DNA of 64,000 nucleotides from Spirochaetia bacterium (GCA_965208575.1 CBDBOV010000004.1:992001-1056000), one strand, 5' to 3'. Numbered from the stretch's first letter, positions 19,348-29,089 are shown. The notes: a model not told the origin generated them from the sequence alone. Made by a program: numbers and translations.

Positions 19348-20556
19348 ATGCGAGCGGCCGGCCGGCACGGCGCGGAGCCGACCACCGTGGACCTGGTGCT
19401 GTGCGGCGGCGGGCTGCAGAACGCGTTGGTGGCGACCGCCTTGTTCGGCGCACCGGGCATGGCACCCGGGCGCGCGCCGCCGCGCACCGCGCTGCTGGAG
19501 CGGACCACGATCGGCGGCAACCACACCTGGTGCTGCTACGAGAGCGACCTGTCTTCGGCCATGCGCCGCCAGGTGGCGCCGCTGGTCAGCCGGCGCTGGG
19601 AGGGTTACGAGGTGCGCTTCCCCGGCTACCGGCGCCGCCTGGCTACCCCCTACCTGATGATTGCCAGCGAGCACTTGCGCCGCGTGGTACGCGCCCTGCT
19701 GTCGGGCCGCCCGGACGCGCTGGTGCGGGAACACGCACCGGTGGCGCGGCTGGAAGCGAGCCGGGTGCTGCTGGAAGACGGCGGCGAGGTGGCCGGAAAC
19801 ACGGTGATCGACGCACGCGGCGCCCAACGGCACGCCGAACACTGCGGCTACCAGAAGTTCTACGGCGAAGAGGTCACCCTGGAGGCGCCGCACGGCCTGG
19901 ACCGGCCGCTGGTGATGGATGCCACGGTGCCGCAGCGGGACGGGTTCCGCTTCATGTACGTGCTGCCGCTGTCGCCGCGGCGCGCGCTGGTCGAGGACAC
20001 GAGCTTCTCCGATGGACCGGAGCTCGACGTCGAGCAGCGGCGGGCCGGCATCGCCGCGTGGATGGCGCACCACCGCTGGCGGCGGGCCGCCGTCACGCGC
20101 ACCGAGCGCGGCGTGCTGCCGATGCCGTGGCGGATGCCGGCGCCGGTGGCGCAGCCGCTGCCCGGGGTGATCCGCGGCGGCTACGGCGGCGGCTGGTTTC
20201 ACCCCGGCACCGGCTACTCGCTGCCCCAGGCAGCCGAGCTTGCCGCCCTGGTCGCGACTACCGCGATTCCCGACCTGTGCACGGCGGCGACCGCGGCCCG
20301 TCACCGCCTGCAGCGCCGCGCCCGCTTCTGCTGCATGCTCAACCGGCTGCTGTTCCAGGCCTACCCGCCGGAAGCGCGCCGCAACATATTCGAGCGCTTC
20401 TTCCGGCTCCCGGAACCGACCATTCGCCGCTTCTTCAGCATGCAACTGCAGGGCGCGGACAAGGTGCGCCTGCTCGCCGGTCGCCCGCCGCGCGGGCTGT
20501 CGCCGCGGCGCCTGCGCGCGGCGGGGGCCGGCACCGGCGGCGCCGCAACGCCGTGA
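19348..20556 (+). CDS. crtY: Lycopene beta-cyclase
   Basis: GGGLQN, GGNHTWC, GYQKFYG, PLVMDATVPQRDGFRFMYVLP, VEDT, HPGTGYSLP; start may be 19306. Confidence 0.9.
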   Translation: MRAAGRHGAEPTTVDLVLCGGGLQNALVATALFGAPGMAPGRAPPRTALLERTTIGGNHTWCCYESDLSSAMRRQVAPLVSRRWEGYEVRFPGYRRRLATPYLMIASEHLRRVVRALLSGRPDALVREHAPVARLEASRVLLEDGGEVAGNTVIDARGAQRHAEHCGYQKFYGEEVTLEAPHGLDRPLVMDATVPQRDGFRFMYVLPLSPRRALVEDTSFSDGPELDVEQRRAGIAAWMAHHRWRRAAVTRTERGVLPMPWRMPAPVAQPLPGVIRGGYGGGWFHPGTGYSLPQAAELAALVATTAIPDLCTAATAARHRLQRRARFCCMLNRLLFQAYPPEARRNIFERFFRLPEPTIRRFFSMQLQGADKVRLLAGRPPRGLSPRRLRAAGAGTGGAATP

Positions 20557-22073
20557 GCCGGGCCATGGGCCGGAGCGCGCGGGTGGCGGTGATCGGCAGC
20601 GGATTCGGCGGCCTCGCGGCGGCCATCCGCCTGCAGGCGGCGGGGCTGGCGACCACGCTGTTCGAAGCGCGCGAGCAGCCGGGCGGCAGGGCGTACGTGT
20701 GGCGGCACGGGGATTTTACGTTCGACATGGGCCCGACGGTGATCACCGATCCGACGCTGCTGGAGGAGCTGTTCGCCGTGGCCGGCGCCACCCTGAGCGA
20801 CCGGGTAGAGCTGATGGCGGTCGATCCGTTCTACCGCCTGCTGTGGCCGGACGGCGACCGCTTCGACTACTGTGCCGACGGCGGGGAGCTGTCGGCACAG
20901 ATCGCGCGCCGCAATCCCGCCGACCGTGACGGCTACCGCCGCTTCCTGGACTACTCGCGGCGCGTGTTCGCCACCGGTTACGAGGAACTGGCCGCGACCC
21001 CGTTCCTGCGCTTCTGGGACATGGTACGGGTCGCGCCACAACTCGCCGGCCTGCGCGCGGACCGTTCGGTCTATCGCACGGTGGCGCGCTTCATCGGCGA
21101 TGAGCGGATCCGCGAGGCGCTCAGTTTCCACACCCTCCTGGTGGGCGGCAACCCGTTCGAGACCAGCGCCATCTATACCCTCATTCACTATCTCGAACGC
21201 CGCTGGGGCGTGTTCTATCCGCGCGGCGGCGTCGGCGTCCTGGTGCGCGCCCTGGCGCGCCTGTTCGCCGACCTCGGCGGCCGCCTGCTGCTGGCCAGCC
21301 CCGTCGACAGCGTCGCGCTCGAGGGCGCCCGGAATCGCTCCATCCACTACCTCTCCTACACGCGCGCGGGCTCCCGGCACCGCGAGCCGTTCGACGCCGT
21401 GGTGTCCAACGCCGACGTGCACCACACCTACGCGGCGCTCTACCGCGACACCGCCGGCGCCGGGCGGCGGCGGCGCCGGCTGGAACGGGCGGTTTGGTCG
21501 ATGTCGCTGTTCGTGCTCTACTTCGGCACCGACCGCGACTATCGCGGCGAGGTGGTGCATCACTCGGTGCTGTTCGGCCCGCGCTACCGGGAGCTGCTGG
21601 CCGACATCTTTCACGGTGCGCGGCTGCCGGAGGACTTCTCGCTCTACCTGCACGCGCCGCACGTCACCGATCCTTCGATGGCGCCGCCGGGGCACGGCAC
21701 GTTCTACGTGCTCGCGCCGGTGCCGCACCTCGGCAACGCCGCCGTGCAGTGGGAGCGGATCGCCGAGCACTATGCCGACCGCATTCTCGCCGCCGTCGAG
21801 CGCGTGCTTCCCGACCTGCGCCGCCACATCGTCGTCCGGCGCTGGATCACGCCGTTCGACTTCCGCCGCCGGCTCAACGCCTACCACGGCAGCGCGTTCT
21901 CGCTGGCGCCGACCCTCACCCAGAGCGCGTGGTTCCGCCCCCCCAACCGCGACCCCCGCATCGAAGGACTGTACCTGGTCGGGGCCGGCACCCATCCGGG
22001 GGCCGGCATTCCGGGCGTGATCAACTCGGCGCGCGCCACCGCGAAACTCGTCCTGGAGGATGTCGCGCCGTGA
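20553..22073 (+). CDS. crtI: Phytoene desaturase
   Basis: VIGSGFGGLAAAIRLQA, FDMGPTVITDP, LLVGGNPF, DFSLYLHAP, QSAWFRP, YLVGAGTHPGAGIPGV; GTGA overlap. Confidence 0.95.
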   Translation: MSRAMGRSARVAVIGSGFGGLAAAIRLQAAGLATTLFEAREQPGGRAYVWRHGDFTFDMGPTVITDPTLLEELFAVAGATLSDRVELMAVDPFYRLLWPDGDRFDYCADGGELSAQIARRNPADRDGYRRFLDYSRRVFATGYEELAATPFLRFWDMVRVAPQLAGLRADRSVYRTVARFIGDERIREALSFHTLLVGGNPFETSAIYTLIHYLERRWGVFYPRGGVGVLVRALARLFADLGGRLLLASPVDSVALEGARNRSIHYLSYTRAGSRHREPFDAVVSNADVHHTYAALYRDTAGAGRRRRRLERAVWSMSLFVLYFGTDRDYRGEVVHHSVLFGPRYRELLADIFHGARLPEDFSLYLHAPHVTDPSMAPPGHGTFYVLAPVPHLGNAAVQWERIAEHYADRILAAVERVLPDLRRHIVVRRWITPFDFRRRLNAYHGSAFSLAPTLTQSAWFRPPNRDPRIEGLYLVGAGTHPGAGIPGVINSARATAKLVLEDVAP

Positions 22074-23038
22074 ACCGCCGGGACGGGCCGCTGGTGGCGG
22101 CGGAGGTGGCGGCGGAGTGCCGGCGCCGCATCGCGGCCGGCTCCAGGAGTTTCGCGCTTGCCGCGCACCTGCTGCCGCGTGACAGCCGCCATGCGGCGCT
22201 GGTGGTGTACGCCTGGTGCCGGCGGGCGGACGACGCCATCGACGGCGCCCCGCCGGCGCACCGGCCGGCGGCGCTGGCCGCGCTGCACGATGAGTTGGAG
22301 CGAGTCGCCGGCGGTTCCACCATCGGCGACCCGGTCATCGACGCCTTCGGCGCGGTGATGAGCGCCACCGGGATGCCGCGGCACTATCCGCGCGAGATGC
22401 TCGCCGGCATGCGCATGGACCTGGAGCGCACCGCGTACGAGGATCTGCCCGATCTGCTGCGCTACTGCTACCGCGTCGCCGGCACGGTCGGCCTGATGAT
22501 GTCGCACGTCCTCACGCTGCGCGACGATGCCGCACTGCAGGCGGCAGCGCAGTTGGGCGTGGCAATGCAACTCACCAACATCTGCCGCGACGTGCTGGAA
22601 GACTGGCACCTCGGGCGGGTGTACCTGCCGGTAGCCTGGCTGGCGCGGGCCGGGCTCGGCGACTTGCGCGCGCGGCCCGACGCCGCGTTCCCGAGCGCGG
22701 CGCGCGACCGGCTGCGCCCCGTGGTTGCCGACGTGCTCGCACTTGCCGGGCGGTACTATGCCGGCGCCGAGCGAGGCTTCATTGCCCTGCCGTGGCGCGC
22801 GGCGCTGTCGATTCGCGCCGCGCGCGGCATCTACGCGGCAATCGGCGACCGCGTGGCGCGCGCCGGCTGCGACGTCACCGCCGGACGCGCGGTCGTGCCG
22901 CTGGCCGGCAAGCTGGCGGCGGTGTGCGCGGCCGCCGGCGCCGCGGCGGCCGAACTGCCCGCCCGGCTGCGCGCCGCCGGCGGCGCGTTCCACGCTCCCG
23001 AACGGGTGTTCGAGTTCGCCGACCTGGAGCCGGCATGA
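22070..23038 (+). CDS. crtB: Phytoene synthase
   Basis: GSRSF, YAWCRRADDAID, YCYRVAGTVG, MQLTNICRDVLED, GRVYLP. Confidence 0.94.
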   Translation: MNRRDGPLVAAEVAAECRRRIAAGSRSFALAAHLLPRDSRHAALVVYAWCRRADDAIDGAPPAHRPAALAALHDELERVAGGSTIGDPVIDAFGAVMSATGMPRHYPREMLAGMRMDLERTAYEDLPDLLRYCYRVAGTVGLMMSHVLTLRDDAALQAAAQLGVAMQLTNICRDVLEDWHLGRVYLPVAWLARAGLGDLRARPDAAFPSAARDRLRPVVADVLALAGRYYAGAERGFIALPWRAALSIRAARGIYAAIGDRVARAGCDVTAGRAVVPLAGKLAAVCAAAGAAAAELPARLRAAGGAFHAPERVFEFADLEPA

Positions 23039-25335
23039 AGCTGAGCGGCACCGCGCTGACCGCCGGTTTCAACCGGGTGGCGCACGCCTACGACCTGCTG
23101 GTAACGCTCAATCCCGGCTACCGGCGCCACCTGCGGCTCAGCGCACGGCGCCTCGAACTGGGCCCCGGCGCGCGCATCCTCGACCTGTGCTGCGGCACCG
23201 GCCAGTCGACCCTGGCGCTGCGCGCCGCGTATCCGGACGCCGTGCTGGTCGCCCTGGACGCCGCCGACGAGATGCTGCAGGTGGCGCGCGCCCGGCCTGA
23301 GCTGGCCGGCGTGCAGTTCGTGCACGGCGACGCCATGGAGCCGCGGGCGTACGGTGTGCGCGGCTCGTTCGACGGCATCCTGATGGCATACGGCATCCGC
23401 AACGTCATCGACGCCGACGCCTGCCTGGCGGCGGTGCGCGAGCTGCTCGCCGCGCGCGCCGCGGTCTGCTTCCACGAGTACTCGGTGGCCGGCTCGGCGG
23501 TCAGCCGCACGGTGTGGCGGGCGGTGACCAACGCCATCGTGCGCCCGGCCGCCCGCGTCCTGGCCGGCGATGACCGCCTGTTCGTCCATCTGCGCGACAG
23601 CGTACTGGCATTCGACAGCCGCGCCGCCTTCGAGCGCCGCCTGTACCGCGCCGGATTCGCCGCCGTGCGCACCCTGCCCATGGGCGGCTGGCAGCGCGGC
23701 ATCGTGCACTCGTTCCTGGCCCGCCGCCCCGCGCCCGCCCCACCCGCTCCGGCGGCGCCGGCGCGCAATGGCGGCCACCAGGCTGCCGGTGCCGATACGG
23801 GCGGCCAAGGCAGCGGCGCGGCACCGGCTACGTCGGCGCACCGCCGGAGTTACGCCGCGGGTACCGGCGCGGGCGGCCACGTCACGCCGGCGCCGGCGCG
23901 CACCGCCGTGGTGATCGGCGGCGGCATCGCCGGGGTGGCGGCGGCCACCGTGCTCGCCGAGCGCGGCGTCGCCACCACCGTGCTGGAGCGGGAGCCGGCG
24001 CTCGGCGGGCGCGCGGGCGCGGCGCCTCTGCGCCTCGCCAGCGGCGAGACGGTGCAGATGGAGCGCGGCTTCCACGCCTTCTTCCGCCAGTACTACAACC
24101 TGCGCAACCTGCTGCGGCGCGTCTCGCCCGAGCTCGACATCCTGGCCCCGCTCGACGACTACCCGGTGCTCGGCCCGCACGGGCAGCGCCAGTCGCTGGC
24201 GGACATTCCCCGCACGCCGCCGTGGAACATCGTGACGCTGACCCGGCGCACCCCCGAACTGACCCTGCCCGCGCTGGCGCGCGTCGGGCTGCGCGAGGCG
24301 CTGTCGATGCTGGCATTCGACATCGACCGTACCTACCGGCGCCACGATCACCGCACCGCCGCCGAGTACCTGGACGCGCTGCGCTTCCCGCCGGCCGCCC
24401 GCCGCATGCTGTTCGACGTGTTCGCCCACTCCTTCTTCAACCCGGAGGGCGGCATGTCGGCCGCCGAGCTGTTGATGATGTTCCACTTCTACTTCACCGG
24501 GAGCCGCGAAGGCTTGATCTTCGACGTGGCGCGCGCGCCGTTCTCGACCGCCATCTGGCAGCCGCTGCAGCGCTACCTCGCCAACCTCGGCGCGCGGGTG
24601 GCCACCGGCACGGCCGCACGCGCGGTCCGGCGCGCGCAGGGCGGCTGGGAAGTCGAGACCGGCGGGGCGCAGCGCGCCTCGTTCGCCGCCGAAGCCGTGG
24701 TGCTCGCACTCGACGTGGCCGGGCTGCAGCGGCTGCTGCCGCACACCCCGTTCCGCGACGGCGCGTGGGCGGATTCGCTCGCGAGCCTGGCAACCACGCT
24801 GCCGTTCGCGGTATGGCGGCTGTGGCTGGACACCCCCACCGCGCCGGGGCGGGCGCCGTTTGCCGGCACCGCGGGCGTCCCGCTGCTGGACAACATCTCG
24901 CTGTTCCACCTGTTCGAGGACGAGAGCCGCGCCTGGGCCCGCGCCCACCACGGCTCGGTGGTGGAACTGCACGCGTACGCCGTGCCGGAGACCGCCTCCG
25001 AAGCTGACATCAGGGCCGCCCTGCTGCGCGGGCTGCATCGGCTCTACCCGGAGACGCGTCCGGCGCGCGTGGTCGACGACGCCTTCCTGCTGCGCCGCGA
25101 CTGCCCGGCATTCGGTCCCGGCTCGCACGCCCGCCGTCCCGGCGTGGCCACCCCCCATCCGGGGCTGTACCTGGCCGGAGACTACGTGCGCATCGACCAG
25201 CCCTCGGCGCTCATGGAGCGTGCGGCCGCGACCGGCATCAGCGCCGCCAACGCCATCCTGCGGCGCTGGCACCTGCCGCCCGAGCCGGTAGCGTCGGTGC
25301 GCCGCACCGGCATCCTGCCGAGATTCGCGGCATGA
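23035..25335 (+). CDS. crtU: Fusion of a CrtT-like SAM methyltransferase and a CrtU-like beta-carotene desaturase (isorenieratene synthase)
   Basis: N-terminal YDLLVTLNPGY, ILDLCCGTG, HEYSV, GWQRGIVHSFLAR; ~55-aa linker; then VIGGGIAG, RGFHAFFRQYYN, HSFF, FHFYF, VVELHAYA, LMERAAATG; one uninterrupted ORF. Confidence 0.82.
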   Translation: MKLSGTALTAGFNRVAHAYDLLVTLNPGYRRHLRLSARRLELGPGARILDLCCGTGQSTLALRAAYPDAVLVALDAADEMLQVARARPELAGVQFVHGDAMEPRAYGVRGSFDGILMAYGIRNVIDADACLAAVRELLAARAAVCFHEYSVAGSAVSRTVWRAVTNAIVRPAARVLAGDDRLFVHLRDSVLAFDSRAAFERRLYRAGFAAVRTLPMGGWQRGIVHSFLARRPAPAPPAPAAPARNGGHQAAGADTGGQGSGAAPATSAHRRSYAAGTGAGGHVTPAPARTAVVIGGGIAGVAAATVLAERGVATTVLEREPALGGRAGAAPLRLASGETVQMERGFHAFFRQYYNLRNLLRRVSPELDILAPLDDYPVLGPHGQRQSLADIPRTPPWNIVTLTRRTPELTLPALARVGLREALSMLAFDIDRTYRRHDHRTAAEYLDALRFPPAARRMLFDVFAHSFFNPEGGMSAAELLMMFHFYFTGSREGLIFDVARAPFSTAIWQPLQRYLANLGARVATGTAARAVRRAQGGWEVETGGAQRASFAAEAVVLALDVAGLQRLLPHTPFRDGAWADSLASLATTLPFAVWRLWLDTPTAPGRAPFAGTAGVPLLDNISLFHLFEDESRAWARAHHGSVVELHAYAVPETASEADIRAALLRGLHRLYPETRPARVVDDAFLLRRDCPAFGPGSHARRPGVATPHPGLYLAGDYVRIDQPSALMERAAATGISAANAILRRWHLPPEPVASVRRTGILPRFAA

Positions 25336-26273
25336 GGGGACGCCTGCTCGGACGCCGGCCCGGCTCCGCGCTGCCGGCCGCCTCCGGTCGCGCCCGGCCC
25401 GACTGGCAGCAGTCCGATCCGGGCTGGATCCGGCGCGCGGTGGAGCGTGCCGGCCGGCTGCCGTCCGGCGGCTGGCACGTGATCGACGCGGTGCGTGCCA
25501 TCGGTGAGGTGCCGTGCCGCTACCGGGTGGCGGACCGCGAGCTGGTAGTGTGGCGCGGGCGGTCGGGGCTGCTGGTGGCGCCCAACGCCTGTCCGCACCT
25601 GGGCGCGTCGCTGGCCGAAGGGCACCTGCGCGACGGCTGCCTGGTGTGTCCCTGGCACGGCCTGGTGCTGGGCGCGGACGGCCACCGCGGCTGGCGGCCG
25701 CTGCCGAGCCACGACGACGGCGTGCTGCTGTGGGTGCGCATCGCCGCCGGCGGCGAACCGCCCTCCGACCTCCCCTACCGGTGTACCCGCCCGCCTGCCG
25801 GCATCGACGCCGTCATCCGCATGGAAGCGCGCTGTGCGCCGCAGGACATCATCGCCAACCGCTTCGACCCGTGGCACGGCGTGCACTACCACCCGCACTC
25901 GTTCGGCGCTCTTTCCGTGCTGGAACAGAGCGACGACGCCATCACCGTGCGCGTGGTGTACCGCGCCACCCGGCGCATGGGCGTGGAGGTGGATGCGCGG
26001 TTTCACTGCCCGGACCCGCGCACCATCGTGATGACCATCGTCGACGGCGAGGGCGCCGGATCGGTGGTGGAGACGCACGCCACGCCGGTACGGCGGGGCG
26101 TTTGCGCGATCGTGGAGGCGACCGTGGCTACCTCGGAGCGCTTCGGCTTCCGGCTCGCGATGCGCGCCGCCGGCCTTCTGCGGCGCCGGATGCAGGCCTC
26201 CGCACGCCGCCTCTGGGCAGAGGACGCCGCCTACGCGGAACGGCGCTACGCACTGCGCACCGGGTCGCATTGA
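25332..26273 (+). CDS. crtV: Rieske-domain carotenoid-cluster protein (CrtV/DUF5914-like)
   Basis: CPHLGASL...CPWHG Rieske motif, ANRFDPWHG..HP.SF, VVETHATP, LWAEDAAYAERRY. Confidence 0.8.
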   Translation: MRGRLLGRRPGSALPAASGRARPDWQQSDPGWIRRAVERAGRLPSGGWHVIDAVRAIGEVPCRYRVADRELVVWRGRSGLLVAPNACPHLGASLAEGHLRDGCLVCPWHGLVLGADGHRGWRPLPSHDDGVLLWVRIAAGGEPPSDLPYRCTRPPAGIDAVIRMEARCAPQDIIANRFDPWHGVHYHPHSFGALSVLEQSDDAITVRVVYRATRRMGVEVDARFHCPDPRTIVMTIVDGEGAGSVVETHATPVRRGVCAIVEATVATSERFGFRLAMRAAGLLRRRMQASARRLWAEDAAYAERRYALRTGSH

Positions 26274-26300
26274 CCGGAGCCCGGCACGCGGCGCCCGCCG

Positions 26301-27302
26301 TCAGTGCGTGTGGTAGAGCAGCAGGTGGTCGCGCAGCACGTCCTGGGCGAAGTCGTTCTCCACGTCGCGCCACACCGAGTGCACGTGGTTGGCGGCGTTC
26401 TGGCAGTTGTCGAACTCGACCAGGAAGTTGCCGCCGTGGATCCGGTAGTAGTGCCCCTCGCGGCGGGCAACCGGACCGGCCCACGCCAGCCGCAGGTGGC
26501 CGACGCCGTCGCGGCGCAGGTGCTCGAGCTTGTGCCGCGCAACGTCGCTGCGCACCTGGCCCACGTACGTTTCCACCAGGGCGGTGAGCATCTGCTGCTG
26601 AGCGGCGTCGAGGCGGTCGCCCGGCAGTCCCTCTTCGCGCGGCAGCACGGCGCGCGTGCTGTTGTAGGTGAGGATGTCCCACGGCGCCTTGTCGTAGATC
26701 ACCGCCCGTGAGCGCTGGCTGCGGTCGAGGCTGTCCATCAGTTGCAACGCGAGGTCTTCGCGGCGCGCCAGAATGCGCAGCCCGCGCTTGGGGCCGTGCA
26801 GCACCTCCGCCGGGTTGGAGCCGTAGAAGAACGGCGTGGTGGAAATGACGCGTTCGCCCCAGACGCTGAAGTGCAGCGACAGGTGGTGCCCCTCGGCGCG
26901 CCACCCCCAGGGATCATCGCCGTGCGGATCGCCGAACACGGTGAAGTAGTAGCGGCCCGGGTCGCGCGCCCAGTGCACCTGGCCCGCCGCGCGCTCCTGC
27001 TCGCCCAGGATCAGTTCGTGATCGATAATCGCGCACGCCTGTTCGTAACCCTGCTCCGAAAGCGACGCCTCCAGCACGCGCCTGGCCAGCCGCTGCTGTT
27101 CCTCCGTCATCGCCAGCAGCGGCAGACCGTGCCGGTTCAGCGGCGGGTAGTACCAGAACAGGCGCTCGCCGTCGAGGTAAGGAAACGTGGCGCGGGCGCG
27201 CTGCTCCGCGTCCAGGCTCTCCAGCAGGTCGCCGCACGCCGCCGCCATCTGGCGGGCCGCTTCCGGGTGTCCGTTGGCCTGCATGGCCGCCGGCTCAGCC
27301 AC
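26301..27302 (-). CDS. DUF3500-family protein
   Basis: YYFTVFGDP, WGWRAEGHHLSL, TPFFYGSNP, YYRIHG..FLVEFDN, NHVHSVWRD..NDF. Confidence 0.85.
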   Translation of the reverse strand: MAEPAAMQANGHPEAARQMAAACGDLLESLDAEQRARATFPYLDGERLFWYYPPLNRHGLPLLAMTEEQQRLARRVLEASLSEQGYEQACAIIDHELILGEQERAAGQVHWARDPGRYYFTVFGDPHGDDPWGWRAEGHHLSLHFSVWGERVISTTPFFYGSNPAEVLHGPKRGLRILARREDLALQLMDSLDRSQRSRAVIYDKAPWDILTYNSTRAVLPREEGLPGDRLDAAQQQMLTALVETYVGQVRSDVARHKLEHLRRDGVGHLRLAWAGPVARREGHYYRIHGGNFLVEFDNCQNAANHVHSVWRDVENDFAQDVLRDHLLLYHTH

Positions 27303-27717
27303 GCGCCGGAGTGTCGTCGTCGCGGCGCCGCCGCGCGATGATCTCCGGGAACTCGTAGTAGATCAGACCGTCGTCGTGCACCTCCATGGTCACCCGCGTG
27401 CTGTCGACGAGCTGCCCGAGAAACGCCTCCGCCTCCTCGATGCTGAAGTCGAGGTCGACCACCAGGTCGGAAACGGTCAGCCGCCCGCCGAGCCGGTAGG
27501 CGAGACGAAACACCCGGTTCACCCGGCGGCCGTCCGCCGCCCGGCCTCCGGTCGCCGGCGCGTCCGGCGCGCGTGCCGGCCACGCAAACCGCTCCCGGCT
27601 CACCGGCCGATGGCGGCGGGCGTCGCGCAAGGCGGAGCGCGCCAGGTTCAGGACGAGAAAGATGAACAGGAACGGCAGAATGCCGACCACCAGTCCGAAT
27701 CCCGCAAACGGCCACAT
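27295..27717 (-). CDS. Hypothetical membrane-anchored protein with a C-terminal wHTH-like domain
   Basis: N-terminal TM; RLAYRLGGRLTVSDLVVD...DDGLIYYEFPEI; stop overlaps the DUF3500 start. Confidence 0.7.
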   Translation of the reverse strand: MWPFAGFGLVVGILPFLFIFLVLNLARSALRDARRHRPVSRERFAWPARAPDAPATGGRAADGRRVNRVFRLAYRLGGRLTVSDLVVDLDFSIEEAEAFLGQLVDSTRVTMEVHDDGLIYYEFPEIIARRRRDDDTPARG

Positions 27718-27768
27718 GCCGACCAGTGTAGCGCGCCATCACGATACCGGCAATGGACCGCAGCGCCC

Positions 27769-27933
27769 GCGACGCCCGCGTTCCTGGTGGACACCCTGTT
27801 CCAACGCCAGGTCTCGTCGGTGTCATTGGATCGGGCCGTGAGCACCGAGGCATTGCTGTCGGCATACGACGTAGATTACAGCAGTACCGAGGCGCTGCTG
27901 TTCCAGACCGGCTACCTGACCATCACCGGCGAC
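27769..27933 (+). pseudogene. Internal fragment of an AAA-ATPase / PD-(D/E)XK nuclease gene
   Basis: TPAFLVDTL...LLSAYDVD...EALLFQTGYLTI resembles the conserved middle of this family; neither terminus is present. Confidence 0.65.
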
Positions 27934-27949
27934 TGTTCGCCAGCATCCC

Positions 27950-29089
27950 CTATTGACACTTCTGGCGGCGCGTCTCGAACTCTTTTGTGCATATGAGACC
28001 CTTCAATTCGCAATCCACAATCCAGCGTTCCGACTCGCCACATAATGGAACCTCGCCGTCCCATCCTTCATTCGCTGATTCGCACCTGATACTGGTGCAT
28101 TCACCCAGAGTCGTAATCTCCGGCGTTTCCTTACCGTCGCAATTGAAATCGTATCTTCCGTCCATGTCAGGTGCGTCAAACCAATTCGTTTGGCCTGGGA
28201 AGACGGTGTCATCGAGATCCAGACAGTCTCCAGTCACGTCGGAGTATCCTGCGGTTTTCACAAAGTCAAATCGAACTTCACTACCGCCGACACCGTCGCC
28301 GTCCAGGTCCCGAAAGAACTCCTTTGTTGGCTCCTTCCCCAACTCGTCAGCAATCGATGGGATTGCGTCCGGATTGTAGTACGTGAACGGATCCCTGTAT
28401 CCGACGGCCGTGTCGGCACCATACTCCAGCGTCATCACCTTGCCGTCACGGCTCAGTGATACGAGGTCCATTTGCAGGAGGTCGGCAATGTTCACTCCGG
28501 TGTCGGCGTCGATCGAACTCCGAAAACGAAAGTCGATGGTACCATCACTTACCACGATCACTTCCGACAACAACCTCAACCTCGTTTCCGGCGACCCGTC
28601 AGAAGACCCGGCGGATGCCAAGACGCTGAGCAATTGCCTTCGGGTGTCCAAATCGAGTGACTGGATATGTTCAAGCAACCCCGCCAGGGTGACGCTTGCG
28701 ATGTACCCGTCGCGAATGGTGAGGGTGGCCTCCTCCATGTTTCCTAGCGCCGCCTCTATTCCCCCAACACTCGAGTTGGCGCGGAAGTACTTCACAGCCA
28801 ATCCAGTATAGTTGAAGGAAGCCGTGGCGTATTCCTCTTTTGTGAGCGGCAACTCACCCCAATCATCGTCGAGCACGATGGGTTGAATACTCCGGTCTAT
28901 GACAGTTCCCGCACCGTAGCCGCCTCCTAGTCCGAAAGATTCATACTCCTTGAAGGGAGACGGATCGGGATCGGGTGGCGGCGGACACGAAGCTGCCGCA
29001 AGCGTTACGAGCAACAACGGAACAAGAAGCAGCTTGGACGAATTGCCTGATGTGCCCGGCTTTCTCGTATACTCACGCGGTGGTGCCAT
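27950..29089 (-). CDS. Low-GC lipoprotein with a C-terminal Cys/Asp-rich putative metal-binding domain
   Basis: Lipobox LAAASC; RDLDGDGVG...GDCLDLDDTVFPG...DFNCDG and several C-terminal Cys; atypical codon usage. Confidence 0.72.
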   Translation of the reverse strand: MAPPREYTRKPGTSGNSSKLLLVPLLLVTLAAASCPPPPDPDPSPFKEYESFGLGGGYGAGTVIDRSIQPIVLDDDWGELPLTKEEYATASFNYTGLAVKYFRANSSVGGIEAALGNMEEATLTIRDGYIASVTLAGLLEHIQSLDLDTRRQLLSVLASAGSSDGSPETRLRLLSEVIVVSDGTIDFRFRSSIDADTGVNIADLLQMDLVSLSRDGKVMTLEYGADTAVGYRDPFTYYNPDAIPSIADELGKEPTKEFFRDLDGDGVGGSEVRFDFVKTAGYSDVTGDCLDLDDTVFPGQTNWFDAPDMDGRYDFNCDGKETPEITTLGECTSIRCESANEGWDGEVPLCGESERWIVDCELKGLICTKEFETRRQKCQ

